A stretch of DNA of 64,000 bases, from assembly GCA_963665845.2 (NCBI GenBank), contig OY762492.1:3744001-3808000 (forward strand), written 5' to 3'. Below are positions 28,328 through 38,743 of this stretch, piece by piece. Source of the stretch: Candidatus Poribacteria bacterium (lineage in GTDB: Bacteria > Poribacteria > WGA-4E > GCA-2687025). How positions within the stretch are numbered: the first letter of the stretch is position 1; each line of letters opens with the position of its first letter. The position numbers and the translations under genes are program-made. Under the pieces are notes generated by a model. That model worked only from the letters and a program-made list of their open reading frames with translations. It was not told the origin of the DNA and did not search any database.

Positions 28328-31300
28328 TCCACTACTGGCGGACGCATCTGGCAGTTCTCGCCGCGAGCGCCGTCGCGGCGTCGGTCGTCATCGGAGCGAT
28401 TGTGATCGGAGATTCGGCGCGGGGAAGTCTGCGCGAGACGGCTCTTGAGGGTCTTGGACGCATCGAGAGCGTTCATCTGTCGGAGCATTTTTTTCGGGAG
28501 GAGCTGACGGAGAAGACAGGCGCGCGCCCCGCGCTGTTGTCGGGCGGTTCGGCTTCGTCTTCAGAGGGGGCGCGCGCGTCAGGGGTTCAGATTGCGGGCG
28601 TTGATGAGCGGTTCCTGGAGCTGTATGAGGACGCGGACGCGATTCTTGAGGCGCTGAACGAAGAGGGCGTACCTCCGCCTGCCGCGGTGAACGCGCCTCT
28701 GGCGAAGGAGCTGAATCTCAAGGTCGGAAGCGAGGCGGTACTTTACGCCGCGTCCAGAAGCGGCGCGCATCCTGAAAACATACTCGGCGCGCGCGGCGCC
28801 GACAGCGACACCGAAGCGATTCGAATACGGGTCGCCCATATCATGCCGGCGCGCGGAGTTGGGCGTTTTAGCCTTCGTCCGAGCGGGTCGGCGCCGTTCA
28901 ATGTTTTTTTGCGTCTGGATCGTCTTCAGCGCGCCCTCGGCGTTCCTGAACGGGTCAACCTAGCGGCAGTCGCCCTTGGAGAGGATAAGGCAGCGTTTCA
29001 AAAGGCGTTTCGCGCCCATGCCGATTTGAGCGATCTGGGGCTGACCCTTCGAACCGCCCCGTTACCCTTTAACGAAAACAAAGAACTATGGTCGTATGAA
29101 ACCCCAAACTTCACGTTGAATGCGGAGCAGGCGGAATCGCTCTTGTACGCGGCGCGGTCGCTCAACCTGCCGGCGCAGACCAACATAACCTATGTCGCCA
29201 ATCGGCTGGAAGCGAACGGACGCATGGCGCCGTACTCGACAGTCGCTGCGTTGTCGGGGTCGGCGGCTCCGTTTCCGCGGCTTGTTTTGACGAATGGGTT
29301 GAAGGACGGGTCGCCCGCGCCGCCGCTGGACGCCGAGGGGGTTTATATCAACGCTTGGCTGGCAGACGATCTGGAGGCGGATGTCGGAGACGCGCTGCGC
29401 ATGGCGTATTTTACGTTGGAGCGCGGGGCGTTTGTTGAGCATGAGGCGGAATTCGTTGTGCGCGGTGTTGTACAAATGAGCGGCGCGGCTGTTCATCCAT
29501 TGTTGACGCCTGAAATCCCCGGCCTCGGCGACTCGAACAATTTGAGCGACTGGGAGGCGACCTTCCCTTTCGATGAGGATCTAATACGCCCCAAAGACGA
29601 CGCCTACTGGGACGAGTATCGAGCTGCGCCGAAAGCGTTTTTTTCGATGGAGGCGGCGCGGCGGATGTGGAAACGCGACTCTGCCGCGGGAAGCGGCGAG
29701 GCGACCTCCATATGGATCGCGGCGGACAAGGCGGACGAGGAGCGCGTCCGCGCGTCGATTCGCTCCGTAGCGGTTCCGTTCAGAGACGCGCGCGACAACG
29801 CGCTGAAAGCCTCGACAGGCTCCACCGACTTTGCGGGTCTTTTCGCCGGTTTCAGCATGTTTTTGATTGGTTCGGCGGCGCTGCTGGTCGGGCTGCTGTT
29901 TCGCCTCGGCGTGGAGGAGCGGTCCGGGGAGGTCGGTCTGCTGCTGGCTCTCGGTTTTACGCCTGGCGCGGTTCGCCGACGTTTTTTGGCGGAGGGGTTG
30001 GCGTTGAGCGGGGTTGGGTCGGCGGTCGGCGCGGCGGGGGCGTATGCGTATGCGCATCTGATCTTGACGGCGCTTCAAACGCGCTGGCGTCCGGCGGTCG
30101 GCGAGACGCCGCTGTCGCTTCATTGGAGCTGGGAAAGCGCCGCGCTGGGCTGGCTCTTGTCGACATCCGCGGCGCTGGCGGCGATTTTCTGGGCGACGCG
30201 TCAACTGAAGCGCGTTTCCCCGCGTCAGTTGACGGCCGGCGCCGCCGCGCATGGTCTTGAGCGGGTCGGCGCTCGGCGTCCGTATCTTTCTTGGGTTATG
30301 GTTGGATTCGGCTGCCTATTATGGTTTTTAACGCGGTTTTTCTCCGAGTCTCCCGCGCTCTTTTTTGGATCGGGCTGTCTGCTTTTGGGCGGCGGGATGG
30401 GTCTCTTTCGGGCATGGCTGCGCCGCTCTAGGCGCTCGCCGGGAAGAATGGGCGCGGCGGACGCCAAGCGCAACCCGTCGCGCAGCGCCGCTTCTGCCGC
30501 GCTGGTCGCCTGCGCCTGTTTTATACTGGTAGCAGTCGGCGCCAATCGACGCCCTGTTGAAACGGACGACGCCTCTACAGGCGGATACGATCTCATGGCA
30601 AGCTCCGACGCGCCGCTTTACATCGACCTGAACGACCCTGACGCGCGGTTCGACATCGGCGCGGATCTGGATGCCGGCGTCCGCGTTCTTCCGCTGCGTT
30701 CAACGGCGGGCGAGGACGCGAGCTGCCTGAACCTTTACCGCCCCCAGACGCCGCGGCTGCTGGGCGCGTCCGACCAGTTCATTGAACGAAACGGCTTTCA
30801 GTTTGTGAAATCGCTTGCGGAAGAAGGGGAAGAGAACCCGTGGAGGCTGTTGAAGAAGCCGGTTGATTTAGACAATCTGCCTGAAGTTCCCGATGAGCCT
30901 TCGCCCCGATTTATCTATCATCTGCCGGCGGTCGCCGATGAGCATTCCGCGCGATGGATCCTCCATCTGAACTTGGGAGACGGATTGTACGTCGAAAATG
31001 AGCGAGGCGAGCTGCTGCGCCTGCATCTTGTCGGCTTATTGAAAACAAGCATTTTTCAAAGCGATCTGATTGTCTCCGAGGAGGCGCTGGTGCGCCATTT
31101 TCCAAGCCGCGGCGGGTTCACCCGTTTTCTCATCGAATTGCCCGATGAATCGACCGGCGCGGACATATCAAACACGGCGGCGGAGATGGAGCGCGCGCTG
31201 CGCCGATACGGTTTTGACGCCGTCTCCACCGAGGCGCTGCTGAAGCGTTTTCACATGATCGAGGAAACTTATCTGTCGGCGTTTCAAACGCTCGGAAGCC

Positions 31301-31638
31301 TGGGGCTGCTGCTGGGCGTCGTCGGGCTGGCGGTGACGCAGCTGCGCAACGCGCTGGAGCGGCGGCGGGAACTGGCGCTGTTGCTTGCGGTCGGCTATCG
31401 ACGGAGTCAGCTGATCATGGCTGCGTCGATGGAGAACGCTTTTATTCTGCTGGCGGGCATGGCTCTTGGCGCTGGATCGGCTCTTGCGGCGTCCGCGCAT
31501 CAGATACGCGCCTCGTCTCTTCTTCCGCTGCTGACAACATTGGCGGTTGTGTTTGCCGTCGGCGCGTTGACGGGCGCCGCCGCGTCGTATGCCGCGCTGC
31601 GGGCGCCGCTGCTTCCCGCGTTGAAAGGCGCGCGTTGA
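28312..31638 (+). CDS. FtsX-like ABC permease (duplicated)
   Basis: Two FtsX-type TM blocks (EERSGEVGLLLALGF; LERRRELALLLAVGY) with large periplasmic loops. Confidence 0.85.
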   Translation: MRRGLIHYWRTHLAVLAASAVAASVVIGAIVIGDSARGSLRETALEGLGRIESVHLSEHFFREELTEKTGARPALLSGGSASSSEGARASGVQIAGVDERFLELYEDADAILEALNEEGVPPPAAVNAPLAKELNLKVGSEAVLYAASRSGAHPENILGARGADSDTEAIRIRVAHIMPARGVGRFSLRPSGSAPFNVFLRLDRLQRALGVPERVNLAAVALGEDKAAFQKAFRAHADLSDLGLTLRTAPLPFNENKELWSYETPNFTLNAEQAESLLYAARSLNLPAQTNITYVANRLEANGRMAPYSTVAALSGSAAPFPRLVLTNGLKDGSPAPPLDAEGVYINAWLADDLEADVGDALRMAYFTLERGAFVEHEAEFVVRGVVQMSGAAVHPLLTPEIPGLGDSNNLSDWEATFPFDEDLIRPKDDAYWDEYRAAPKAFFSMEAARRMWKRDSAAGSGEATSIWIAADKADEERVRASIRSVAVPFRDARDNALKASTGSTDFAGLFAGFSMFLIGSAALLVGLLFRLGVEERSGEVGLLLALGFTPGAVRRRFLAEGLALSGVGSAVGAAGAYAYAHLILTALQTRWRPAVGETPLSLHWSWESAALGWLLSTSAALAAIFWATRQLKRVSPRQLTAGAAAHGLERVGARRPYLSWVMVGFGCLLWFLTRFFSESPALFFGSGCLLLGGGMGLFRAWLRRSRRSPGRMGAADAKRNPSRSAASAALVACACFILVAVGANRRPVETDDASTGGYDLMASSDAPLYIDLNDPDARFDIGADLDAGVRVLPLRSTAGEDASCLNLYRPQTPRLLGASDQFIERNGFQFVKSLAEEGEENPWRLLKKPVDLDNLPEVPDEPSPRFIYHLPAVADEHSARWILHLNLGDGLYVENERGELLRLHLVGLLKTSIFQSDLIVSEEALVRHFPSRGGFTRFLIELPDESTGADISNTAAEMERALRRYGFDAVSTEALLKRFHMIEETYLSAFQTLGSLGLLLGVVGLAVTQLRNALERRRELALLLAVGYRRSQLIMAASMENAFILLAGMALGAGSALAASAHQIRASSLLPLLTTLAVVFAVGALTGAAASYAALRAPLLPALKGAR

Positions 31639-31812
31639 GCCGCTTCGCCAACCGGATCGTCATTCCCGCGCAAGCGGGAATCTTAGTCGCCGCAGACGCT
31701 GTCCGCATTCGCATGCAACATGTTCCAACGAAGCTTGCGCAGCGGCGCGTTTCAGCTTAGTACTTAACGCGCGCCCAGAGACACTGACTGCCCAACCTCG
31801 CAAGGAGACCGC

Positions 31813-33267
31813 ATGAGCCAAGCCCCGCATCCGAACATCGTTTTCATACTGGCTGACGACATGGGTTACGGCGACGTCGGCTGCTACAACCCAGAGAGCA
31901 AGATACCGACGCCGAACATGGACAAACTGGCGGAAGAAGGGATGATCTTCACCGACGCGCATTCCCCCTCCGCCGTCTGCACGCCGACCCGCTACGGCCT
32001 CCTGACAGGGCGTTACTGCTGGCGGACGAGCCTTAAAAAAGGCGTGCTGTACGGCTACGAGCCGCCGCTCATCGAGACGGACAGAATGACGGTCGGGAAG
32101 CTGCTGCAAAACGCCGGCTACCACACCGCCTGCATCGGCAAGTGGCATCTTGGGCTGGGTTACACGCCGAAAGAGGGGCGCCAGTTGGACTTCGACCGCC
32201 CTCTTCCATGGGGAAACGCGACGCGCGATTTTGAGGAAAAGGTGGACTTCTCCAAGCCGCTTTTCGGCGGTCCGAACGCGCTTGGCTTCGACTACTTTTT
32301 CGGCTGCTCCGGCTGCCCGACATGCCAGCCGCCGTACGGGTTCATCGAGAATGAGCGTTTTGTTGTGGAGCCGGATTTTTATGACGCAGAGCCAGCCTTC
32401 ACCAGCAGAAAAGGCATGACCGCGCCCGGCTGGGAGCATTACAAGGCGGACCCCGCCTTCGCCGACAAGGCGCATGAGTATATCCATGAACGCGCCGAAT
32501 CTGACCAGCCGTTTTTCCTGTATCTTGCCCCCAGCGCGCCTCATGAGCCGTGCGTCGAGGGCGTTGTGCCGCCGTTTGCCCGCGGAAAGAGCGACGCCGG
32601 CCCGCGCGGCGACCTTGTCTGGCTCGTCGACTGGATGGTCGGGCGCGTCATGACAGCGCTGGAAGAGACGGGGCAGACGGAGAACACGCTCATCATCGCC
32701 TCCAGCGACAACGGCGCCCTCCCCGGCGACCGCATCCGCGGACAGCAAGGCATGGCGGGCTACAACACCTACGGACACAAATCATGCGGCGACTGGCGCG
32801 GGTATAAGGCGCATATCTGGGAAGGCGGACACCGCGAGCCGTTCATCGCGCGCTGGCCGGGGCGCATTGAGGCGGGAAGCTCCTGCGGACATCTGGCGTG
32901 CCTAACCGACTTCATCTCCGCCTGCGCCGACATCGTTGATCAGCCGCTGCCGGACGGCGCCGCCGAGGACAGCGAGAGCCTGCTGCCGGCGCTGCTTCAT
33001 GGCGACGCCGCCGATCCGATACGCTCCGATCTGATCCATCACTCCTCCAACGGCGTCTTTTCGATACGGGAAGGCGAATGGAAATTGATTGTCGGGACGG
33101 AAGGGTCGGGCGGGTGGCCGCCTCCGAGCGGCGGCGGCCCGCAGGAGGGCACCCCTGGTCAACTGTACCATATCGAAAACGATCCTCAAGAAAGCGAAAA
33201 CTTGTGGGCGGAACGCCCCGAAATGGTAGCGCGGTTGGCGCGTCTTTTGGAAACGCGGCAAGGTTAA
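31813..33267 (+). CDS. arylsulfatase-family sulfatase (Cys-type)
   Basis: PNIVFILADDMGYGD, CTPTRYGLLTGR, GKWHLG, SDNG, EGGHREP. Confidence 0.95.
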   Translation: MSQAPHPNIVFILADDMGYGDVGCYNPESKIPTPNMDKLAEEGMIFTDAHSPSAVCTPTRYGLLTGRYCWRTSLKKGVLYGYEPPLIETDRMTVGKLLQNAGYHTACIGKWHLGLGYTPKEGRQLDFDRPLPWGNATRDFEEKVDFSKPLFGGPNALGFDYFFGCSGCPTCQPPYGFIENERFVVEPDFYDAEPAFTSRKGMTAPGWEHYKADPAFADKAHEYIHERAESDQPFFLYLAPSAPHEPCVEGVVPPFARGKSDAGPRGDLVWLVDWMVGRVMTALEETGQTENTLIIASSDNGALPGDRIRGQQGMAGYNTYGHKSCGDWRGYKAHIWEGGHREPFIARWPGRIEAGSSCGHLACLTDFISACADIVDQPLPDGAAEDSESLLPALLHGDAADPIRSDLIHHSSNGVFSIREGEWKLIVGTEGSGGWPPPSGGGPQEGTPGQLYHIENDPQESENLWAERPEMVARLARLLETRQG

Positions 33268-33425
33268 TAGAGAATCGTTTTGGAATTCGGAGGCTGTCTG
33301 GGAAAACTCTGGATTCCCGCTTGCGCGGGAGGACATGAGCGGGCGGCGTCCATAAAGCGTCAGTTGCCTTCGCTAGAGGAAGGCGCTACTCTATGCGCGG
33401 ATTTTAACATGACAAGGAGAATTCG

Positions 33426-34181
33426 ATGCGTTCATCCATCTTACTTGCGCTGTCCGCCGCGGTGATATTGTCGGGATGCGGAACAGGCTCGCCGCTCAAA
33501 CAGATGTCCCCGGTTCATCCGTTCGAAAGTTACGAGGGCGACTATTCCGACATCATCATCGATGAAGAGGCGGCGCCGCAGCCCGCCCTTCAACTCGCCA
33601 AAGAAGGCGTGACGGTGCGAGTCCAGTACTGGCGAAAAGCGGACCTGGACCGCAAATTCAACCGAGGCAGCATGCGTTCAGCTTTCGCCTATGAGCCGAG
33701 CTGGAAGCAGGGCTTGCGCGTCACCGTCTTTTACGTCAGCATTCACAACGGGCTGGACAAGCCGATCCGCGTCAAGCCGCTCTCAGACATCAACCCCGCG
33801 TATATGTACATCTACGACGATCTGCGGCTCACGAAAGAGCATGACCCCAACTTTTACTTCGCGCTGCCGGAAAAAGACAACGAAAAGCGCGTGTCGGAAA
33901 AGGCGGGATACACGATCGACCTGCGCAACGGGCTGGAAGCGATTAGCCCCCAACTGCTGGAAAACCGCATCGTTGACAATCAGATTGAGCCGGGCGAGAC
34001 CGTGGAAGGATGGCTTCCGTTTCAGGGCATCAAATTCAACCTGAACCAGCTGTGGGTCAGCCTCTCGGTGGAAACGCCGCCCGATTCGGATATCGGCAGG
34101 TACAAGCGGGTTGAGTTTGTCTTCCCGTACGATTTCTCGCGCGAAATACACGCGGCGCAGCCGGCGACGATACGGTATTGA
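33426..34181 (+). CDS. hypothetical lipoprotein
   Basis: Lipobox LSGC after hydrophobic signal; RBS aaggag. Confidence 0.7.
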   Translation: MRSSILLALSAAVILSGCGTGSPLKQMSPVHPFESYEGDYSDIIIDEEAAPQPALQLAKEGVTVRVQYWRKADLDRKFNRGSMRSAFAYEPSWKQGLRVTVFYVSIHNGLDKPIRVKPLSDINPAYMYIYDDLRLTKEHDPNFYFALPEKDNEKRVSEKAGYTIDLRNGLEAISPQLLENRIVDNQIEPGETVEGWLPFQGIKFNLNQLWVSLSVETPPDSDIGRYKRVEFVFPYDFSREIHAAQPATIRY

Positions 34182-34252
34182 GACGGCGCGGTTTGGCGTT
34201 ACGCTCAAACGAAGTTATTCGCGGGGACGAGATGACGCGCCGGCTGCAGAGT

Positions 34253-34453
34253 TTTGAACTAGGATGGAAGGATTGAAAAGATTGCCAAGAATGCCGCTCT
34301 TTTCAATCTTTTTAATCTTGTAAATCCTAGTTCAGACGGCGGCTAAGATTCCCGCTTACGCGGGAATGACGATGTGGGGCGCGGGAATGACGATGTGGGG
34401 CGCGGGAATGACGATGTGGGGCGCGGGAATGACAATGTGGGGCGCGGGAATGA
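34253..34453. repeat. GAACTAGGAT...ATCCTAGTTC inverted-repeat element, REP and 21-bp tandem repeats
   Basis: Inverted termini; CGCGGGAATGACGATGTGGGG x4 plus a partial copy at 34359-34453. Confidence 0.85.
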
Positions 34454-34487
34454 GAACGACAGAGGACAGGGCGGTTTGGCGGGAGAC

Positions 34488-35765
34488 TTATTCGTCGTCT
34501 AAGCCCTTGAGAAAGCGTCCGCGGTTCAGCAGGCGGTCGGGGTCTAACTTCAGCTTGACGCGGCGCATCACGGAGAGCGGACCGGTCGGCGGACCCCAAA
34601 CATCCGCTTCGCGTTTGATCTCAACCGACGCCGATTCGATCACGACGGAGCCTTCCCGCGCCGCTGTTTCATCGCGCAGCGCATGGACCGTCTCGGCGGA
34701 CGGGTTGTCGAAGACGGCGTAACCGACCCCGCTAAGAAAGCGAATCTGCCAGGTTGACGGACGCAGCCGCTCAGCCGCCTGAACGATGTCGGCAAACGCG
34801 GACATCGGCGCAAAGACGCGGCATGTCATGCGGCTTGCGTCGTTCAGCGCGCCGTTCAAGCGGCCGCGCATTTGAAGGCGGGTCGGTTCGCTGTCCGCCT
34901 TCGTTTCAAGGGCGGTCGGCTTCCCTTTGGACATGATCGCCTCGGCGCGTTTTGTTTGGTATTCGACCGTTTCAGGATGTCCGCCGAAGCCGACCGCGGC
35001 GGTCGGCGCGGATTCTTCGTCTTGACGCAGAACGGCAAGCCATTCCGGTTCCAGCTCGGAACGCGCGAGGTTTGCCGCCGTTTCAAACGCGCCGCTCCAG
35101 GATTCGAACGCCGCCGAAACCTCCGCCGTTTTTACCGGCATCGGATGCAGCCGAAACGCCGCTTCATACACCACGCCGAGCGTCCCGAACGAGCCGATGA
35201 GAAGCCGCGTGACGTCGTAACCCGCCGCATTTTTGACAACCCGCCCGCCGCCTTTCACCAGCGTTCCGTCCGCGAGGGCGGCGCGGACGCCGAGGCACAG
35301 GTCGCGCGTGGAGCCGTAGGCGTCGCGCAGCGGGCCGCTGGCGTCCATGGCGATCAGCCCGCCGAGGGAGCCAGCGTTGGGCGGGTCCAGCGCGAGCCGC
35401 TGCTTTTCTTCAGCGGCTGTTTTTTGCAGCGTTTCAATCGGCAGCCCCGCCTGCGCGATGACGGTCAGGTCGCGCGGCTCATAGTCGACGATCCCGTTCA
35501 TGAGCCGCGTCGACAGGAAAACGCTGTCGGCGGTCGGCAGGTTGCCGAGGCGCAGCGCCGTTCCAAGCCCGGTCGGTATGATCGGCGTCTTGGAGGCGGA
35601 TGCGCAGCGCAGCGTCTCCGACAACTGCTCGGCATTTTTCGGCATGAGAACAAGCGCCGGTTCATGCAGGTCTAACAGCGGGAATCCGTCGGCGCGTATT
35701 TCGATCTGGCCGCCGTCCAGGACATCGGCGAACCGTTTTTGAAGCGACTCAGCCGACTCGTTCAC
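34488..35765 (-). CDS. glcE: FAD-binding oxidase, glycolate oxidase GlcE-like
   Basis: YEPRDLT, LALDPP, GGRVVKNAAGYD, GSFGTLG; GTG overlaps glcD stop. Confidence 0.82.
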   Translation of the reverse strand: MNESAESLQKRFADVLDGGQIEIRADGFPLLDLHEPALVLMPKNAEQLSETLRCASASKTPIIPTGLGTALRLGNLPTADSVFLSTRLMNGIVDYEPRDLTVIAQAGLPIETLQKTAAEEKQRLALDPPNAGSLGGLIAMDASGPLRDAYGSTRDLCLGVRAALADGTLVKGGGRVVKNAAGYDVTRLLIGSFGTLGVVYEAAFRLHPMPVKTAEVSAAFESWSGAFETAANLARSELEPEWLAVLRQDEESAPTAAVGFGGHPETVEYQTKRAEAIMSKGKPTALETKADSEPTRLQMRGRLNGALNDASRMTCRVFAPMSAFADIVQAAERLRPSTWQIRFLSGVGYAVFDNPSAETVHALRDETAAREGSVVIESASVEIKREADVWGPPTGPLSVMRRVKLKLDPDRLLNRGRFLKGLDDE

Positions 35766-37171
35766 AGGGTCATTCCCCACTGGCTCGGCTCGTCGTCGGG
35801 GATAATCTTGCCGGGGTTGCATAGCCCGTTCGGGTTGAACACATCGCGCAGGCTTGTCATGAGGTTCAGGTCGTCTTCAGAGAACAGCAGGCGCATGAAC
35901 TCTATTTTTTCAACGCCGATGCCGTGTTCGCCGGTGATGACGCCGCCGACCTCCACGCAGGCGCGCATGATCTCCCCGCTCGCCTCCAGAACCGTTTTCA
36001 CCTGTTCAGGATCGCTCTGGTCAAAAAGCAGCACAGGATGGATGTTGCCGTCGCCGGCGTGAAAAACGTTCGCGATCGGTATGCCGTATTTTTCACTGAC
36101 GCGATACACCTCTTTAACGGTCTCCGGCAGGCGCGTTCGCGGCACGACGCCGTCCTGCGTCAAATAATCTTTGGCGATGCGCCCCAGCGCGCCGAACGCC
36201 TGTTTGCGCGACTTCCACAGCAGCTGACGCTCCTCCTCGGAGCGGGCGACCTGAACGCTCTGCGCCTTGTTTTTGCGGCAGATTTCGGCGATCCGCTCCG
36301 CCTGCGCCTCCATGCCCGCTTCCAGCCCGTCCAGCTCAATGAGCAGCGCCGCTTCGGCGTCTTCTGGAAAACCGAACTGAAACGCCTCCTCCACCGCGCC
36401 GATGATCAGCCTGTCCATCATCTCCAACGACGCCGGTATCATGCCGCTGGCGATCGTCTCGGAGACGGTTTGGGATGCGTTCTGCATGCTGTCAAAAACG
36501 GCGAGCAGCGTCTTATGCGTCTGCGGGTTCGGGGTGAGTTTGACAACAATCTTCGTCGCGATGCCGAGCGTCCCCTCGGAGCCGATGGCGAGACCGCGCA
36601 GGTCGTATCCGACGCATTCAGCGCTCTTGCCGCCGAACTCAACAATCTCGCCGTCCGGCATGACCCACTCAAGCCCTGTGACGTGGTTCACGGTGACGCC
36701 TCGTTTTAAGGTGTGGGGTCCGCCGCTGTTCTCGGCGACATTTCCGCCGATGGTGCATGCTTTCTGGCTGGACGGGTCGGGCGCGTAATGGAACCCGTGC
36801 GGTTCCGCCGCGTCGGAGATCCACAGGTTGACGACCCCCGGCTCCACGACGGCGCATCGGTTTTCGATGTCCAGCTCCAGAATGCGGTTCATTTTGTTCA
36901 AGGCGATGATGACGCCGCCCTCCGCGGCGATGGCTCCGCCGCTCAAGCCGGTGCCGGCGCCGCGCGCTGTGAACGGAACGCCCGCGTTGTTCGCAATCCG
37001 CACCGCCGCGGCGACCTCGTCCGTTGTCGTCGGAAAGACGACCGCATGCGGCATCGCCTTATATAAGGTAACCCCGTCCGATTCGTAGGTCATCAGCGAG
37101 ACGGGATCGCGCACCACGTTCTCGCTTCCGAGTACAGCCGCCAGCTCGTTTGCGATGCGTTCAGCGTCCAT
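35762..37171 (-). CDS. glcD: glycolate oxidase subunit GlcD-like
   Basis: RGAGTGLSGGA, PDPSSQ, IGGNVAENSGG, HAGDGNIHP, GEHGIG. Confidence 0.88.
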   Translation of the reverse strand: MDAERIANELAAVLGSENVVRDPVSLMTYESDGVTLYKAMPHAVVFPTTTDEVAAAVRIANNAGVPFTARGAGTGLSGGAIAAEGGVIIALNKMNRILELDIENRCAVVEPGVVNLWISDAAEPHGFHYAPDPSSQKACTIGGNVAENSGGPHTLKRGVTVNHVTGLEWVMPDGEIVEFGGKSAECVGYDLRGLAIGSEGTLGIATKIVVKLTPNPQTHKTLLAVFDSMQNASQTVSETIASGMIPASLEMMDRLIIGAVEEAFQFGFPEDAEAALLIELDGLEAGMEAQAERIAEICRKNKAQSVQVARSEEERQLLWKSRKQAFGALGRIAKDYLTQDGVVPRTRLPETVKEVYRVSEKYGIPIANVFHAGDGNIHPVLLFDQSDPEQVKTVLEASGEIMRACVEVGGVITGEHGIGVEKIEFMRLLFSEDDLNLMTSLRDVFNPNGLCNPGKIIPDDEPSQWGMTL

Positions 37172-37175
37172 GCGT

Positions 37176-38300
37176 CTATGTGATTTCCAGCTCCGTGTCG
37201 GGAGCTTCCGACAGATTGCGTATCGAGACGGCTTTGGCGATTTCTTGCGCCAGCTCCGTGAAAGCGCCTTTCTGCGGAGAATCGCTGTCGCCGGACGCCG
37301 CCGGCGCGCCCGCGTCGCCGCCTTCGCAGATGCTCATGTCGATCGGTATTTCGCCCAAAAACGGCGTCCCCATCTCCTCGGCGGTGGCGCGTCCGCCGCC
37401 GGCGCGGAAGATGTCGTACCGCTTGCCCGTGTCGGGCGCGATAAAGTAACTCATGTTCTCGATAATGCCGAGAATGGGAGTGTTTGTTTTTTGAAAAAGA
37501 GAAACGCCCTTGCGCGCGTCGTCCAGCGCGACAACCTGCGGCGTCGTGACGACAACCGCGCCCGTGAGCGGAATGCTCTGCGTCATCGTCAAATGCGCGT
37601 CGCCCGTCCCCGGCGGCATATCCACAATCAGATAATCCAGCTCGCCCCAGTCCACATCTTGGAGAAAGTTGCGGAGCGCGCTATGCACCATCGGACCGCG
37701 CCAGACCATCGCCGTGTTCTTGTCCGGCAGCAGAAACCCGATCGACATCAGCTTGACGCCGTGTCGATGGAGCGGCAGTATCTTGCGGTTTTCCGACATT
37801 TCGGGCTGCTCGTCCGCGCCGAGCATGGTCGGTATGGAGGGTCCATAGATGTCCGCGTCCAAGAGGCCGACAGCGGCGCCCTGTTCAGCGAGCGCGACCG
37901 CAAGGTTGACGGCGACCGTCGACTTGCCGACGCCTCCCTTTCCGCTGGCGACAGCGATCGTGTTGCGGACGCCTGGGAGCAGCTCCTGCTGTCCGAGGTT
38001 GCGGTCGCGCGCCGTGTTCGCGGTCATCTCTACCTCGACCGACTCGACGCCCTCGACGGAGAGCGCCGCCGCTTCGCACTGCGCTTGCAGCTCGTCTTTG
38101 ACAGGGCAGGCGGGGGTGGTCAGTTCGACGTTGAACATCACCTTTCCGCCGTCGATGCGCAGCTCCTTGATCATGCCGAGGCTGACAAGGTCGCGGCGCA
38201 GGTCGGGGTCTTCGACGGTACTGAGCGCTTTCAGAATCGCCGACTCGGTCGGTCCGCTTTCAGAAGACTGCGGTCTGTCTTTGCGTTGAAAGATCGGCAT
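37176..38300 (-). CDS. mrp: Mrp/ApbC Fe-S cluster carrier ATPase
   Basis: N-terminal DUF59 (LTTPACP), SGKGGVGKS, WRGPM, DMPPGTGD, ENMS. Confidence 0.93.
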   Translation of the reverse strand: MPIFQRKDRPQSSESGPTESAILKALSTVEDPDLRRDLVSLGMIKELRIDGGKVMFNVELTTPACPVKDELQAQCEAAALSVEGVESVEVEMTANTARDRNLGQQELLPGVRNTIAVASGKGGVGKSTVAVNLAVALAEQGAAVGLLDADIYGPSIPTMLGADEQPEMSENRKILPLHRHGVKLMSIGFLLPDKNTAMVWRGPMVHSALRNFLQDVDWGELDYLIVDMPPGTGDAHLTMTQSIPLTGAVVVTTPQVVALDDARKGVSLFQKTNTPILGIIENMSYFIAPDTGKRYDIFRAGGGRATAEEMGTPFLGEIPIDMSICEGGDAGAPAASGDSDSPQKGAFTELAQEIAKAVSIRNLSEAPDTELEIT

Positions 38301-38347
38301 GGTTCACCCGCTTTCGTTCGCCTGCCCTGTGTCGCGTCTCCCGCGTT

Positions 38348-38668
38348 TTAGACCTGGAAGGAGCTGCCGCATCCGCACTGGGAGCGGACGTTCGGGTTTT
38401 CGATTTTGAACCCGGCACCCATCAGCCCTTCCACGTAGTCGACGCTGCTGCCGGCGAGGTAGAGCGCGCTTTTCAGGTCAACAAAGACCTTCAGCCCCTC
38501 TTTTTCGATCACCTTGTCGCCATCGCGCTTTTCGTCGAAGCCGAGGCGGTACTGCATGCCGGAGCATCCGCCGCCGACGACCTGGACGCGCAGCCCGTAG
38601 CCGTCGTATCCTTCGCTTGAAATCAGCTCTTGCACTTTCTGAGCGGCCTGTTCGGTGACGTTGATCAT
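38348..38668 (-). CDS. A-type Fe-S carrier (IscA/ErpA family)
   Basis: GGGCSG, NPN...CGCGSSF. Confidence 0.95.
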   Translation of the reverse strand: MINVTEQAAQKVQELISSEGYDGYGLRVQVVGGGCSGMQYRLGFDEKRDGDKVIEKEGLKVFVDLKSALYLAGSSVDYVEGLMGAGFKIENPNVRSQCGCGSSFQV

Positions 38669-38743
38669 GTGTTGCCTTCCCTTAGTTTCGTTGCGCCTGC
38701 AATTATGATGGCATATCCATGCCGGGATGTCAAGCGCGAAAAT

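Noticed and set aside
31660-32778. Long antisense ORFs (also 37155-38351, 52494-53612, 55014-56081, 7696-8697)
   Set aside because: Shadow frames opposite well-supported genes, expected in high-GC DNA.
34359-34453. Possible CRISPR array
   Set aside because: Units are 21 bp with essentially identical 9-bp intervening sequence, there are no unique spacers and no cas genes.
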